Positions 8,001-17,869 of a DNA stretch of 50,375 nucleotides are shown here, in pieces. A program made the position numbers and the translations under genes. Below the pieces are notes generated by a model, which saw only the letters and a program-made list of their open reading frames with translations, did not search any database and was not told the DNA's origin. The DNA is from a virus (taxonomy: Duplodnaviria; Caudoviricetes). The stretch covers positions 1-50,375 of IMG/VR virus record IMGVR_UViG_3300010376_000046; one strand, 5' to 3'. Numbering within the stretch: position 1 is the stretch's first letter; every line of letters starts with the position of its first letter.

Positions 8001-9646
8001 TATCTGGACTCCAAAGCTTCAACACGCCGGATCAGATCACGGATGACCGCGGCTTGTATAGCAATGATTTGTTCATAATCAATTGCCAGTTGCATGTCTT
8101 TGGGTGACTCGTATCCGTCATCATCAATTTCATACATGAGACCTTCACGCGGCGCAGCGGTCAACATTTCGGTACCGCTTGTGGATTGTTTACCCACATC
8201 TTGCGCGATGAACCCGCGTACCAAATGCTCCGTATCCCCATTCTTGAAAAACTGCATAGGCGTCACGTTCTGCACAAACCGATAGGCGTACTCAGTATCA
8301 ATCGGCACAATGTGGCTCTTAATACGCCGGTCGGAAATGGCCCAACACTGGTTGACAATCGCTGCCTGCGACGGAATATACAGCCCGGCACCTGTAGTGT
8401 TATTCGATCCCGTACCTGCGCCGCTCGTATTCAGGAAACCGAACCCGCCACTGATGGTATGAGAAGTTCCACCGTTGATGATGAACTGTCCGTTGCCATC
8501 TATCGAATTTGAAAAGTACTGCGTTGTATTGTTCTGATTGACACTGCGGAACACAAAGCCGCCTGCGCCCCCACCACGGTTGTTGACGAAATCCGTTTCA
8601 CCAACACCATTCGATTCATTCCAGTTGATGTAGGTGCCCTGACCGTAGACGCTCGCACCTCCGTTACCGACTGCGAACAGACCGCCAGCACAATGCATTG
8701 CTCCATTGGCTGAAACATCTGCGGCACCAGCAATCTGCCCGGTCGCCGTGATGTTGTTATTCGCATTGAGTGTTCCATTTACAGTCAGACCACCCGCTGC
8801 GATGGTATGCCCGGCACGCGTCCACAAGGCACCGGCATCCGTCAACGTCATGTTGACCGCCGTGTTGCCGTTGTTGACCCATTCCATCTGTCCACCGCTC
8901 GCATTATTCGAGCGGATGAACGGCGCATAGCCGTTGGCGTTCAGCATCATGCCGGGACTGAACTGACCTGATGTAGCTTGTATCTGGGTAATGCCGTTGA
9001 TATTGACTGGCCCACCCAAGACCGTGCCTGCGCCCGTCCCGTCAAGCGACAGCCCACCTGTAGCCAGATTCCAGTAGATCGGGCGATAGGTGTTCCATTG
9101 TCCGTTCTGGTTGCCACTGGCGGTCTGCATGAAGTACACCGCCGACGCATCCATATGGACCATGAAACCATAGTTGCCGTAGATCAGACGGAGGTTCGCA
9201 CCGTTCGCATCGAAGTTCGTACCAACGATGCCACCAGCCGGTACCGCCAGACCTGCGTTTGCCGTCAAGAGACCTGTGACGCCTAACGTACCGGCAATGG
9301 ACGTGTTGCCGTTGTCATCCCAACTGAAAATGGTTTTGCTGTTGGCTGCATTGGTGAAATAGGTAACTTTGGTCGTTATGTTGTAGGCCATAAGCGGGCC
9401 TGTTGCACTACCACCATAGAAAATCGGCCACGCGTAGGTCGCATTTTGTGCGCCCATGTAGATCGGACCATTCTGGTTCAATGATGCACTGTTCGTTTCA
9501 CCCGGCACAGTCAGCGGACCTGTCATCGTGTCACCGGGCCGCTGCACCGCTTGATTGATTTTGGTCTGTGTCGGAGCATCCAGCGAAGTCACCGGAATGG
9601 TATTCGGCGGAATGTTCAACGGATAGGGATTCGGTCCGAGATACAT
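8000..9646 (-). CDS. tail fibre with C-terminal intramolecular chaperone
   Basis: GDTMTGPL motif; SDRRIK, GFIAQDV, DYEQIIA. Confidence 0.85.
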   Translation of the reverse strand: MYLGPNPYPLNIPPNTIPVTSLDAPTQTKINQAVQRPGDTMTGPLTVPGETNSASLNQNGPIYMGAQNATYAWPIFYGGSATGPLMAYNITTKVTYFTNAANSKTIFSWDDNGNTSIAGTLGVTGLLTANAGLAVPAGGIVGTNFDANGANLRLIYGNYGFMVHMDASAVYFMQTASGNQNGQWNTYRPIYWNLATGGLSLDGTGAGTVLGGPVNINGITQIQATSGQFSPGMMLNANGYAPFIRSNNASGGQMEWVNNGNTAVNMTLTDAGALWTRAGHTIAAGGLTVNGTLNANNNITATGQIAGAADVSANGAMHCAGGLFAVGNGGASVYGQGTYINWNESNGVGETDFVNNRGGGAGGFVFRSVNQNNTTQYFSNSIDGNGQFIINGGTSHTISGGFGFLNTSGAGTGSNNTTGAGLYIPSQAAIVNQCWAISDRRIKSHIVPIDTEYAYRFVQNVTPMQFFKNGDTEHLVRGFIAQDVGKQSTSGTEMLTAAPREGLMYEIDDDGYESPKDMQLAIDYEQIIAIQAAVIRDLIRRVEALESR

Positions 9647-9975
9647 TATGATTGCTCCAGTTTGCTCACGATGAAGTCCGCCGTGCCAACATCTAACTGT
9701 GCTGTCAGAAAGTCTCCCGGCTGCATGATGATCTTACCTTCACCACCGACGCACGCGAGCGTATTACCCACGGGTACTGGGCCATTCGTAATGATGGAAC
9801 ATTTCGTTGAACCGCGATTGAGCCACACAGAGGCGTGCTGTGCGTTGACGGTCGTATTAGAACAAGTCAAGCCAATTACGGTAGCAGTTGTGGCCGGACT
9901 CGTAGGGGCGGTATAGAGCGTCGTAACCGTCTGTCCAACCGCCGGTGCCAATGCTGAGTTCAAGATTGAAGGCAT
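9646..9975 (-). CDS. small virion protein (fibre adaptor candidate)
   Basis: TTLYTAP...TVIGLTCSN beta-rich protein, translationally coupled within the fibre cluster. Confidence 0.65.
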   Translation of the reverse strand: MPSILNSALAPAVGQTVTTLYTAPTSPATTATVIGLTCSNTTVNAQHASVWLNRGSTKCSIITNGPVPVGNTLACVGGEGKIIMQPGDFLTAQLDVGTADFIVSKLEQS

Positions 9976-9977
9976 GA

Positions 9978-10700
9978 TTACCCACCGAGTGCGATTGCAT
10001 ATACGATAGCGGTATTATCGGCATACTGCTTTGTCGACGCCCGTAGAGGCAATGTTGGATCACCCGCCAATGTGATCGGACCAGTCATGGTGCCTCCAGA
10101 TAACGGCAAATAGCTACTCAGAGTAGCGGCTGCTTGCTGGGCATAATATTTAGCGCTGTAGTCGATCCCTTGAACCATGCCTGGTAACTGTACTGCCCAT
10201 TGCTGCGCGAGCGTTGCACTGTTAGCCGAAGCTGTTGCACTGTTGCCTGATTGCGTTGCACTCGTTGCTGCTGCGCTAGCGGAATTGCCCGCATTCGTTG
10301 CGCTAGTATTGGCGTTTGTCGCACTAGCCGCTGCGTTATTCTCGCTAGTCTTAGCGTTTGTTTCGCTAGTCTTCGCATTGGTTGCACTAGTACTTGCTTG
10401 GCCCGCACTGTTACCTGCCGCAATAGCTGAGTTCTGTGCATTGGTCGCAGATGTATCTGCGTCGCTTGCACTGGTTGCAGCTTGATTTGCGTAGTTCTGC
10501 GATTGCTGTGCGCTGCTAGCGCTCGCACTTGCGCTGCCCGCTGCATTGCTGGCGCTTTGCGCGGCTTGCGCGGCGCTTTGCGCTGCGGCATTCGCCGAGG
10601 CTTTCGCGTCGATACTCGATGTAGTAATGAATGACCCGAGGACGCCTTCGAGTCCCTGTATCCCATCACCATCAGTAAGGATCAGCCGTAGGGTTCCCAT
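9978..10700 (-). CDS. tail fibre proximal/stalk protein with Ala/Ser heptad repeats
   Basis: SATNAKTSETNAKTSE repeats typical of side-tail-fibre stalks; YSAKYYA and GGTMTG..KQYAD motifs. Confidence 0.75.
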   Translation of the reverse strand: MGTLRLILTDGDGIQGLEGVLGSFITTSSIDAKASANAAAQSAAQAAQSASNAAGSASASASSAQQSQNYANQAATSASDADTSATNAQNSAIAAGNSAGQASTSATNAKTSETNAKTSENNAAASATNANTSATNAGNSASAAATSATQSGNSATASANSATLAQQWAVQLPGMVQGIDYSAKYYAQQAAATLSSYLPLSGGTMTGPITLAGDPTLPLRASTKQYADNTAIVYAIALGG

Positions 10701-11012
10701 TTAACCCACCATTGGAGACTGGGCGATTCTAAACCAATCCGGTGGCGACGCAGTAAATTCGCCATTCGGGAAAAACAACGTGAAATCAATACGCGCTTTG
10801 CCGACTGGCCATTGACTCGTGTCTGGATAACTTAACGTAATCAAACCGTTAGTCAAATCAACTGGCGTAATCGTCATCTTGCCATACAGTGTCATACCCG
10901 ATGGATCGTACACGTTAGCTTGCAGCGTGTAATTTGTCAAATCCACAGGTACGCCGTCATCCTGCATCTGGCCGATGAACTGGAAAGTCGTACCGCGGAA
11001 ATGTGTATACAT
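10701..11012 (-). CDS. Ig-like/BppU-like tail adaptor protein
   Basis: RGTTF...PVDLTNYT...T..WPVG.A..D pattern seen in fibre-associated adaptors. Confidence 0.6.
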   Translation of the reverse strand: MYTHFRGTTFQFIGQMQDDGVPVDLTNYTLQANVYDPSGMTLYGKMTITPVDLTNGLITLSYPDTSQWPVGKARIDFTLFFPNGEFTASPPDWFRIAQSPMVG

Positions 11013-11321
11013 TTAACCCTCGATCAACTTGGCGTCTTTCATGCCATTGATGACGGGCATAAGCTGCGTCGCAACCAATGTGGTATTCAGCTTGTCCTGC
11101 CGATCAATGGACTCGTTGCGGAATGACTCCACCGCCGCCTGTACTCCTCGAGTTTGTCGTGCACCTTCTGTTAGCATGATAGGAAGCCAACGCACCGCGC
11201 AATCCCAACAATCCAGATCACCGCCAGTCTGTGGGTCTTTTCCAACAACATGTGCATACCACATGCACTCATGCTCGATGCACGGTTTTTTCAACAACGG
11301 GCATTTGGCTTGTTTACTCAT
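11013..11321 (-). CDS. Cys-rich tail fibre-associated protein
   Basis: CPLLKKPC...C.WY...WDCA..WLP...AAVESFRNE; follows the His-x-His fibres. Confidence 0.65.
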   Translation of the reverse strand: MSKQAKCPLLKKPCIEHECMWYAHVVGKDPQTGGDLDCWDCAVRWLPIMLTEGARQTRGVQAAVESFRNESIDRQDKLNTTLVATQLMPVINGMKDAKLIEG

Positions 11322-12127
11322 GATTTAATGCACACCACGCAATCCGCGAACTTCACTTGCGGAGTAGTAAAAGAGTGAACGTGGCCCGCGCCGCCGCCAT
11401 TCGCCTGAATGTTTGCATAACCAGTTCCAATGGAGCACCCGGTGCCAGATGCACTCAAATAGCAACCTGTGCCGCTACCGTTAGTTGGATTCTGTCCGCC
11501 ACGATTTGCACTATAGCCAGTAGCACAAGCAGTCCAGCAACCGTTATTATCTGAACCTGCTTGGGCTGAACCCACATTGGGCAATCCATGTGCGTGACCC
11601 GGATCATTGAACCCATGATTGTGACCAGGATCGCCAAACCCGTGCCCGTGACCTGCATCGCCGTGTCCATGTGACGGCATTTCCGATACGGTCAATACAT
11701 GTGCGTTGTCGTTGAACGTGCCACCGTAGTTCCACGATGACCATGGCGTCGAACCACCGTTGCCCGCACCAGAATTGAAACGCATGGCGCAATCCTGAAA
11801 CGTTGCACTTGCATCCACAGTCCAGCCAGCCGGTGCAGCCGCTTGTTGAAACACGATACGAGTACCTTGGGGCGCTCCAAGCACCGTGTTAAGCTGATTC
11901 AAGTTCACTGCATCAGTACCGGCAGTCCCCGGTGCCAGGTTCTGAATCTTTTGGTTATTCGCATTGACTGGCGTAATCGGAACCGCACCGCCCTGATATA
12001 GCTGTGCAATAAATGCAAACGCCGCCTGAAAGTAATCATTGGCGTAAGGACCAACAATCTCCGAACCCTGTGGAGAATTATTCCCAGGTATCGGTGACAG
12101 ATTGGTTATACTTGATGGGACTGGCAT
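11318..12127 (-). CDS. short tail fibre/needle protein with His-x-His repeats (paralogue B)
   Basis: Collar-like FQQAAAP.GW, LTVSEMPSHGH, repeated GHxH. Confidence 0.8.
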   Translation of the reverse strand: MPVPSSITNLSPIPGNNSPQGSEIVGPYANDYFQAAFAFIAQLYQGGAVPITPVNANNQKIQNLAPGTAGTDAVNLNQLNTVLGAPQGTRIVFQQAAAPAGWTVDASATFQDCAMRFNSGAGNGGSTPWSSWNYGGTFNDNAHVLTVSEMPSHGHGDAGHGHGFGDPGHNHGFNDPGHAHGLPNVGSAQAGSDNNGCWTACATGYSANRGGQNPTNGSGTGCYLSASGTGCSIGTGYANIQANGGGAGHVHSFTTPQVKFADCVVCIKS

Positions 12128-12129
12128 AA

Positions 12130-12924
12130 TTATGACTTAATGCAAATTACACAATCCGCATACTTAACCTGCGGAGTTGTGTAGGTGTGAGAGTGCGCTG
12201 CATTACCGCCTGTTGCTTGAATGTTCGCATAACCTGTACCGATACTGATGCTGGCATAGCCGACACCCACATTCGGACTTCCATTCATGCCACCTGTATT
12301 TGATCCAGAGGTATAAGGCGTACCGATACCGCCCAACCCGCCGCCACCTGAATACGAAAACTGATTCTGCGCCACATATCCGGCGTAAGCATGTGTATGA
12401 TCTGACATGGCATGCTGGTGTCCACCATCGCTCGCACCGTGTCCATGACCAGCGTCACCGTGATTATGCGACGCTATTTCAGCCACAGTCAGTTGATGCC
12501 CAGCAGTATTAAATTGAGCACCGAAGTTCCACGCACTCCATCCAGTTACACCACCATTGCCAACGCTTTGGTTGAAACGCACCGCGCAGTCAGTGAACGC
12601 GGCGTTTGTATCCACAGTCCAATAAGTCGGTGCTGCCGCTTGCTGGAACACTACACGTGTTCCGCTCGGCGCTCCCATAATGGTCAATACTTGCCCAAGC
12701 GTAGCTGCATCAGTATTATTGACTCCATTCGCCAAGTTGACAATGGTCTTATTGTTTGCATTCGGTGACGTTAGCGGCAAACCGCCATTGTCGTACAATT
12801 GCCGAATGAACGCGAACGCAGCTTGAAAATAGTCGTTCGAGTATGGACCGACAATTTCAGACCCTTGCGGCGAATTGTTGCCGGGAGTCTGAGACAGTTG
12901 CGATATACTTGTGGGGACGGGCAT
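12130..12924 (-). CDS. short tail fibre/needle protein with His-x-His repeats (paralogue A)
   Basis: N- and C-termini nearly identical to 11318..12127. Confidence 0.8.
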   Translation of the reverse strand: MPVPTSISQLSQTPGNNSPQGSEIVGPYSNDYFQAAFAFIRQLYDNGGLPLTSPNANNKTIVNLANGVNNTDAATLGQVLTIMGAPSGTRVVFQQAAAPTYWTVDTNAAFTDCAVRFNQSVGNGGVTGWSAWNFGAQFNTAGHQLTVAEIASHNHGDAGHGHGASDGGHQHAMSDHTHAYAGYVAQNQFSYSGGGGLGGIGTPYTSGSNTGGMNGSPNVGVGYASISIGTGYANIQATGGNAAHSHTYTTPQVKYADCVICIKS

Positions 12925-15900
12925 TATTTCGCTCCCGCAGCAGACACACCTGCACCGGCCACTCTACTCAGTAAGCCGGGATTATTAAACTGCTGTGCCA
13001 TCTTGCTGCCCACACTTTGCTGATTCCCTATCTGTTCCAACAGACTAGCTAACTGTTTTGGATTCTGATGCAAGTCCACCATAGACTGTTCGAGCTTACC
13101 TTGCATAGCCTTCATACCTTTGCTACCGAGAAATGACGCCGCCGCAAGCGGGAGGTTGCCATGTGCCAACGCTGTCACGAAGCCCATCGGTCCGCCCAAC
13201 TTGTGCCCAATAATATCGCCAGCCAAACCGCCCCATTGTGGAACAGTACCGTCGCCAGCTTTACTCATGCTGGCTCGGTTGTCGATACTGTTCACAAAAT
13301 CTCGTGCTGCATTGCCTTCCGCGGTGCCCGCATGTTCAGCATCGAGCAGTCCATCAAACGCCCCGCGCACATTACGTGGAGTAAACGAATTCGATAGATT
13401 CAGTTTGTCAATAGCGTCATTCAAAAGACCTTGCCGCTGCACCTTACTCGACAGATCGGTGCCTACGTTAGCCGCTGCTTGCGACTGCCTCATGTACGAG
13501 TTTGAGTTCTGACGAATGTAGTTTTGCCAGTTTTGCAACGCAGACTGCGCATCAACCGCGGCTTGGCCTTTGGCCGAGGCGGCGCGTTGCTGCAATGTGT
13601 CCAACATCTGCATCTGACCTTCACCGCTCAACCCAGTGAGGTTCGTTCTGGCACCCGCCGCATCGCTACTAAGCGAACGCAACGCATCCATATCAGCGTC
13701 AGACACTTTCATTGCGGGGTTAATGAACCCCTTCCTTTGACCTTTCTCAACAGACTTGATGGTACTATTGACTTGACTTGGTACGAGATGACCTTCGTTG
13801 TCAAACGCGTTAGCCATCTTCTGTTGAAGAAACTGCATCCGCTCAATCGGACCGCTAGCTTGTGCCCATGCTTTGTTTGCTTCATTGAACTCAGTACTGT
13901 GGTTATTCAAAGCCGTACCAAGAATCTTCTTGATACGCAGTGCTGCATTCAAATCTGTTCCAGCCGCCGGATTTTTCGCCAGCGACCCAATGGTATTGTT
14001 CAAATCAGAATAGGCGGCTTGTAGTGCCTGAATACTGATTTCCTGTTTCGGAGTCCATTGACCCGGAATTTTTTGAGGTGCCCGAATAGCCTGTGGCCGC
14101 ACGCCATTGTTGTAATTAGCGAGGTCGTCCAGCCCGTTTTCCCATGCCTGCTGGAACATCGGACGCTTAAACAATTGCGACAGAATTGGGTCATTAGCCG
14201 GAATGTATCCGCTAATGTTTCCATACTTTTGCGCAGCGTCAGCAGCACGCGCAGCTTTCATACTCGCCAACTGCTGTGGCGTACCAATTACTTGTTTGAC
14301 TCGCTTGGCTAGATCACTTTGAATCGCACCATGTGCGTCTTCAAATGCTGTGCTTCCTGCATTGCCCGCTGCAGTCGATGCACCTTTAATTGCATTGCGT
14401 GCTTCCGAGTTCGCAGTCAAATTAGCCGCGTCTGCCGCCGATAGCGGTGGCAGTTCACTTGCCACATTGGCCCCAAGATTGTCTTGTGACCGATTGAATG
14501 CACTCAGGTTACCTTCAACGTTCGGGTCTTGTGCTGCTTTCAATGCGTCCATACGGGCAACATCGTTGGCTTCATTGACACCTTGGAACACGCCTTTACC
14601 CGCTGCAGTACTTGATACAGCGTCCTGACTTGCTGCCAATCCAGTTTGACCCGGTGCAGCTTCCGAAGCTGTCATGTTTACATTGGCATGCGGATTGTTC
14701 GCCAATCCAGACCGAATGTCCTGTGCAGCTTGCGCCGGAGTGCTACCAGCGTCTGTGATATCCTTGGCGATTGCCCGCGCGGCTTGCTGCTCCATATCGG
14801 TCGAAAAATCGGCCGCGCCCTTTCCAACAAGGCTTGCCACGCCCTTTCCGGCTGCGCCTATGAGCTTTCCCGCTATTGGCCCAGCGGCCCCCAATAGCGC
14901 GCCCGTTGAAGCATTGCCACCAGCCGCCTCAGATTGCCCCGCGCCGATTCCGGCACTCAGTGCTGTCTCACCAGCTAGTCCGCCTACGCCACCGGTCATC
15001 AAATACGGCGCGACGCTGCCCACAATTCCACCGACTGTGCCGCCCACAGAGTTATCGGCACCTGCCGCTTTTGCTTCGGCTGCGTTCCGTGCAACACCTG
15101 CTTCCGCGTCTTTCTGTAGCCAATCGCCCACATCATTCAGTCCGGCTTGCTTGAGTGCGCCACCAACCAAATGTTGCACACCAAGTGCAGTATTGCCGAA
15201 CTCCTTACCGGCTGCTGCACCAGCGGCTTTCAATTGTCCACCGATACCTTGTACCGCTGGCCCCTGATCGGTAGGCGCAGTCGGCTGTTGCTGAGTTAAC
15301 TGGTTATTGAACTCATCCATCGACATATAGCCTTTGTCGGCAGTCTGAGTCCCAACTTTACCTCCATTCAATTCATCAATCTGTTGCATAATGGACTTAT
15401 TAGCCCACGGCCTATTCCCCTGTGGAGTCATAGCCACAGAATTCGGGATGCGGTTTCCACCAGGAGGCGGAACATAAGCCGACATATCCAATGGACCACC
15501 AAACGATGGCAAGCCACCGGGAGGCGTAGGTGGTCGTGCTACAACTCGAGTTGGCTGTTGCGGCGTAGCTGGCACAGGTTCGGCTTGTGCAGGTATACGC
15601 GCCGGTCCGCCAGATTGACTAGTGCCATCTGTAGTTCCACCCACATCTGTCGCACCCGGCGGTTGAGCCGGAGCTTGTGCAGGCTGAACCGGTGCCGAGA
15701 CTTGTTTATCGCTGCCACCGAAATCCTGAACATGCTGATCGAAGTTTTGCAAATACTTGAGCGTTTCCATCGGTAGCTTATTCAAATCGCCACCGGCTTT
15801 CGCCCACTTATCAGCATTACCAGGACCCCAGTTGTAAGCGATTGCCGCCATATTGGGGTCTTGGTAATGAGTATTCAACGCATTGTAGTAATCGCGCCCA

Positions 15901-16163
15901 ACCCGTGCGCGATCAGCGTCAGTACCATCCCACGGCTTAACGCCATACCCGGGGTCTTTCAACGTTGGCCCCATGGTTTGCATACTGCCTTGCGCGCCGC
16001 TGCTTGGATTGGTGATAGTCGACGTGTCACCCTTACCGTGAGACTCAATAGCGTTGATAGCGGCAGTGTAAACATTGCCGTTTCCAGTGCCAATCTGATT
16101 GTTCAATGAATTCAACTGCGTCATTGACAGATTGGCTAGATCAGGTGCGCCATTGTCAGCCAT
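12924..16163 (-). CDS. large internal virion/ejection protein with lytic transglycosylase (SLT) domain
   Basis: AIES, GAQGSMQ and AYNWGPG SLT motifs near the N-terminus; start moved to ATG 16163, which overlaps the upstream stop. Confidence 0.85.
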   Translation of the reverse strand: MADNGAPDLANLSMTQLNSLNNQIGTGNGNVYTAAINAIESHGKGDTSTITNPSSGAQGSMQTMGPTLKDPGYGVKPWDGTDADRARVGRDYYNALNTHYQDPNMAAIAYNWGPGNADKWAKAGGDLNKLPMETLKYLQNFDQHVQDFGGSDKQVSAPVQPAQAPAQPPGATDVGGTTDGTSQSGGPARIPAQAEPVPATPQQPTRVVARPPTPPGGLPSFGGPLDMSAYVPPPGGNRIPNSVAMTPQGNRPWANKSIMQQIDELNGGKVGTQTADKGYMSMDEFNNQLTQQQPTAPTDQGPAVQGIGGQLKAAGAAAGKEFGNTALGVQHLVGGALKQAGLNDVGDWLQKDAEAGVARNAAEAKAAGADNSVGGTVGGIVGSVAPYLMTGGVGGLAGETALSAGIGAGQSEAAGGNASTGALLGAAGPIAGKLIGAAGKGVASLVGKGAADFSTDMEQQAARAIAKDITDAGSTPAQAAQDIRSGLANNPHANVNMTASEAAPGQTGLAASQDAVSSTAAGKGVFQGVNEANDVARMDALKAAQDPNVEGNLSAFNRSQDNLGANVASELPPLSAADAANLTANSEARNAIKGASTAAGNAGSTAFEDAHGAIQSDLAKRVKQVIGTPQQLASMKAARAADAAQKYGNISGYIPANDPILSQLFKRPMFQQAWENGLDDLANYNNGVRPQAIRAPQKIPGQWTPKQEISIQALQAAYSDLNNTIGSLAKNPAAGTDLNAALRIKKILGTALNNHSTEFNEANKAWAQASGPIERMQFLQQKMANAFDNEGHLVPSQVNSTIKSVEKGQRKGFINPAMKVSDADMDALRSLSSDAAGARTNLTGLSGEGQMQMLDTLQQRAASAKGQAAVDAQSALQNWQNYIRQNSNSYMRQSQAAANVGTDLSSKVQRQGLLNDAIDKLNLSNSFTPRNVRGAFDGLLDAEHAGTAEGNAARDFVNSIDNRASMSKAGDGTVPQWGGLAGDIIGHKLGGPMGFVTALAHGNLPLAAASFLGSKGMKAMQGKLEQSMVDLHQNPKQLASLLEQIGNQQSVGSKMAQQFNNPGLLSRVAGAGVSAAGAK

Positions 16164-17862
16164 TTGGGTGCGTCCGTTTCCAATCAATCGCCGCTTGAAT
16201 GTCTGCTCTGCTATATTGCTTACCTCCCACATTGATTGTTCCACTCGCCGCCGATGCGACAGCTGCTGGCGTTGCTACCGGTGCTGCTGGCGCGTTTGCT
16301 GTAGCGGTCGGCTGAGTAGTGCTGCCTTTGTATTCAGCAATAGGCGTGCCCTTGACTGAGCCATTAACAATCTGGTTAATACTCGTACCTTTTGGATACA
16401 CGGTGCCATTGATGTTCGTATCACGAATCAAGTCATGCATCGACCCGTTAGTTTCATGAGCGTATGCCGCATTGATCGCAGCCCGGTTTGCAGTTACTTC
16501 CTGCAAGTGCCCGTAGGCTTGCAACCATTGCTGCAAACCTTCACTGCTCATGTTGCCAGTGAGACCGTTGTTCAGTACTTTGAACTCGCCTTGCGTAATC
16601 CGATTGACACCTTCACCCTTAAACCCTTGCAGATTCGCCTGTTGCAACTCGCGCATAATCTGTGCTTGCAACTGTTGCCCGCCAGCCGGATTACCAGTAA
16701 CATCAGCCAGATACTTCTGAGCGGTGCCGACCCAACCGGACGGAACCGGCGTATTCTTCAATTGCGTGATGTAATTCTGCGTGCGCGACAACTGCTGGTT
16801 AGCATCCTGCGAGGCTTGATCGAATGCGTCCATACGTTTTTGTTGCGCTTCGGGAATCTGAGCGCTAACTTGCTGAGTTGGACCAGTCTGATTGTTGAAC
16901 TTATCATACGGTGTTTCATACTGATTGCCATACGCATCCGTGGTCTTCTGCCGATACTCAGTTGGCAGACCACCGGCGGCTGGCGGAATGTATCCTGTGG
17001 CGTAAGAATACGCGCCCTTGCTCGGGTCGACTTCCTGCAACTTGCTGGACTCGAGTGCGAATTGCCGTGCATTCTGCAACGCTGTTTGCTGCGCTTTTTG
17101 CTGCTCAATAGCCGCCGAGCGTTCGTTCTGCACCATCGTCTGGTATTGATTCATACCCGCGATGCCACCCTCACCCACAATTTGAGCAAGGTTCCGCCCA
17201 CCGCTGTTAGCGGCGAGCATCGTCATACCGGCTGTAATCAGACTTTGGCTGGCTTCTGGACTCAAGTTCTTCATCTTGTCGCCCACATCGCTCAACCCAT
17301 CCGCAAGCCGTTGCAAGAAACCCTTAGATGTAGCCGGGTCTTGTGCAGCTTGCGGTGCTTGCGCCATAATGTTCTGCAAGATACCTGGGCCAGAACCACT
17401 ATCCGATGTTCCACCAATCTGATTGCCTTGGTCGTCCAACATCACGCCGGGGGCCATCGGTGGAGCGCCACCCGGTGCTGATGTAAGGTCCGGTCCCGGT
17501 GACTGCGTTCCCTGGTCAGGTGACAAGATAGGTGGCTGATTGCCTTGCGCATCAGTTGTCGGCGTATAAACACCCGGAGCATTGAACCCTTGTGGGCCGG
17601 GGCCGTTTGGACCGCTTGGCATAGGCGGACGCGCGTCTACACCAGCCCATCGGGCCGGATGCGCCAAGTCAATCGTACTGCCACCGGCGATGTTCTTGAT
17701 AATGTCGGTAGGCGCAGTAACGATGTTATTCAAGCCAGACGCCAAAGTAGACGCACCCTGTCCTAGCTGAGCGTCAGCTTGCTGGTTTGCCTGCATCATC
17801 GCCCGGTCTGCTGGCGTGATTTGGCTTGCTTGGTTCGCTGCGAGCCAGTCTAAGATACCCAT
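16156..17862 (-). CDS. ejection (DNA transfer) protein
   Basis: MGILD start; Gln/Gly/Ala-rich; position in the ejection cluster. Confidence 0.75.
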   Translation of the reverse strand: MGILDWLAANQASQITPADRAMMQANQQADAQLGQGASTLASGLNNIVTAPTDIIKNIAGGSTIDLAHPARWAGVDARPPMPSGPNGPGPQGFNAPGVYTPTTDAQGNQPPILSPDQGTQSPGPDLTSAPGGAPPMAPGVMLDDQGNQIGGTSDSGSGPGILQNIMAQAPQAAQDPATSKGFLQRLADGLSDVGDKMKNLSPEASQSLITAGMTMLAANSGGRNLAQIVGEGGIAGMNQYQTMVQNERSAAIEQQKAQQTALQNARQFALESSKLQEVDPSKGAYSYATGYIPPAAGGLPTEYRQKTTDAYGNQYETPYDKFNNQTGPTQQVSAQIPEAQQKRMDAFDQASQDANQQLSRTQNYITQLKNTPVPSGWVGTAQKYLADVTGNPAGGQQLQAQIMRELQQANLQGFKGEGVNRITQGEFKVLNNGLTGNMSSEGLQQWLQAYGHLQEVTANRAAINAAYAHETNGSMHDLIRDTNINGTVYPKGTSINQIVNGSVKGTPIAEYKGSTTQPTATANAPAAPVATPAAVASAASGTINVGGKQYSRADIQAAIDWKRTHPNG

Positions 17863-17869
17863 GATTCAC

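Noticed and set aside
9978-10700. Ala/Ser tandem repeats as a novel repeat element
   Set aside because: Typical coding heptad repeats of tail-fibre stalks
11318-12924. Diversity-generating retroelement TR/VR pair between the paralogous fibres
   Set aside because: No reverse transcriptase seen; both copies are full genes and the differences do not appear adenine-specific
4972-12924. Invertible tail-fibre shufflon
   Set aside because: All fibre genes are co-directional with their own starts; no recombinase or inverted crossover sites seen
16435-17481. 348-aa + strand ORF and similar long antisense ORFs across the late region
   Set aside because: Shadow frames of well-supported minus-strand genes with no RBS or recognisable motifs
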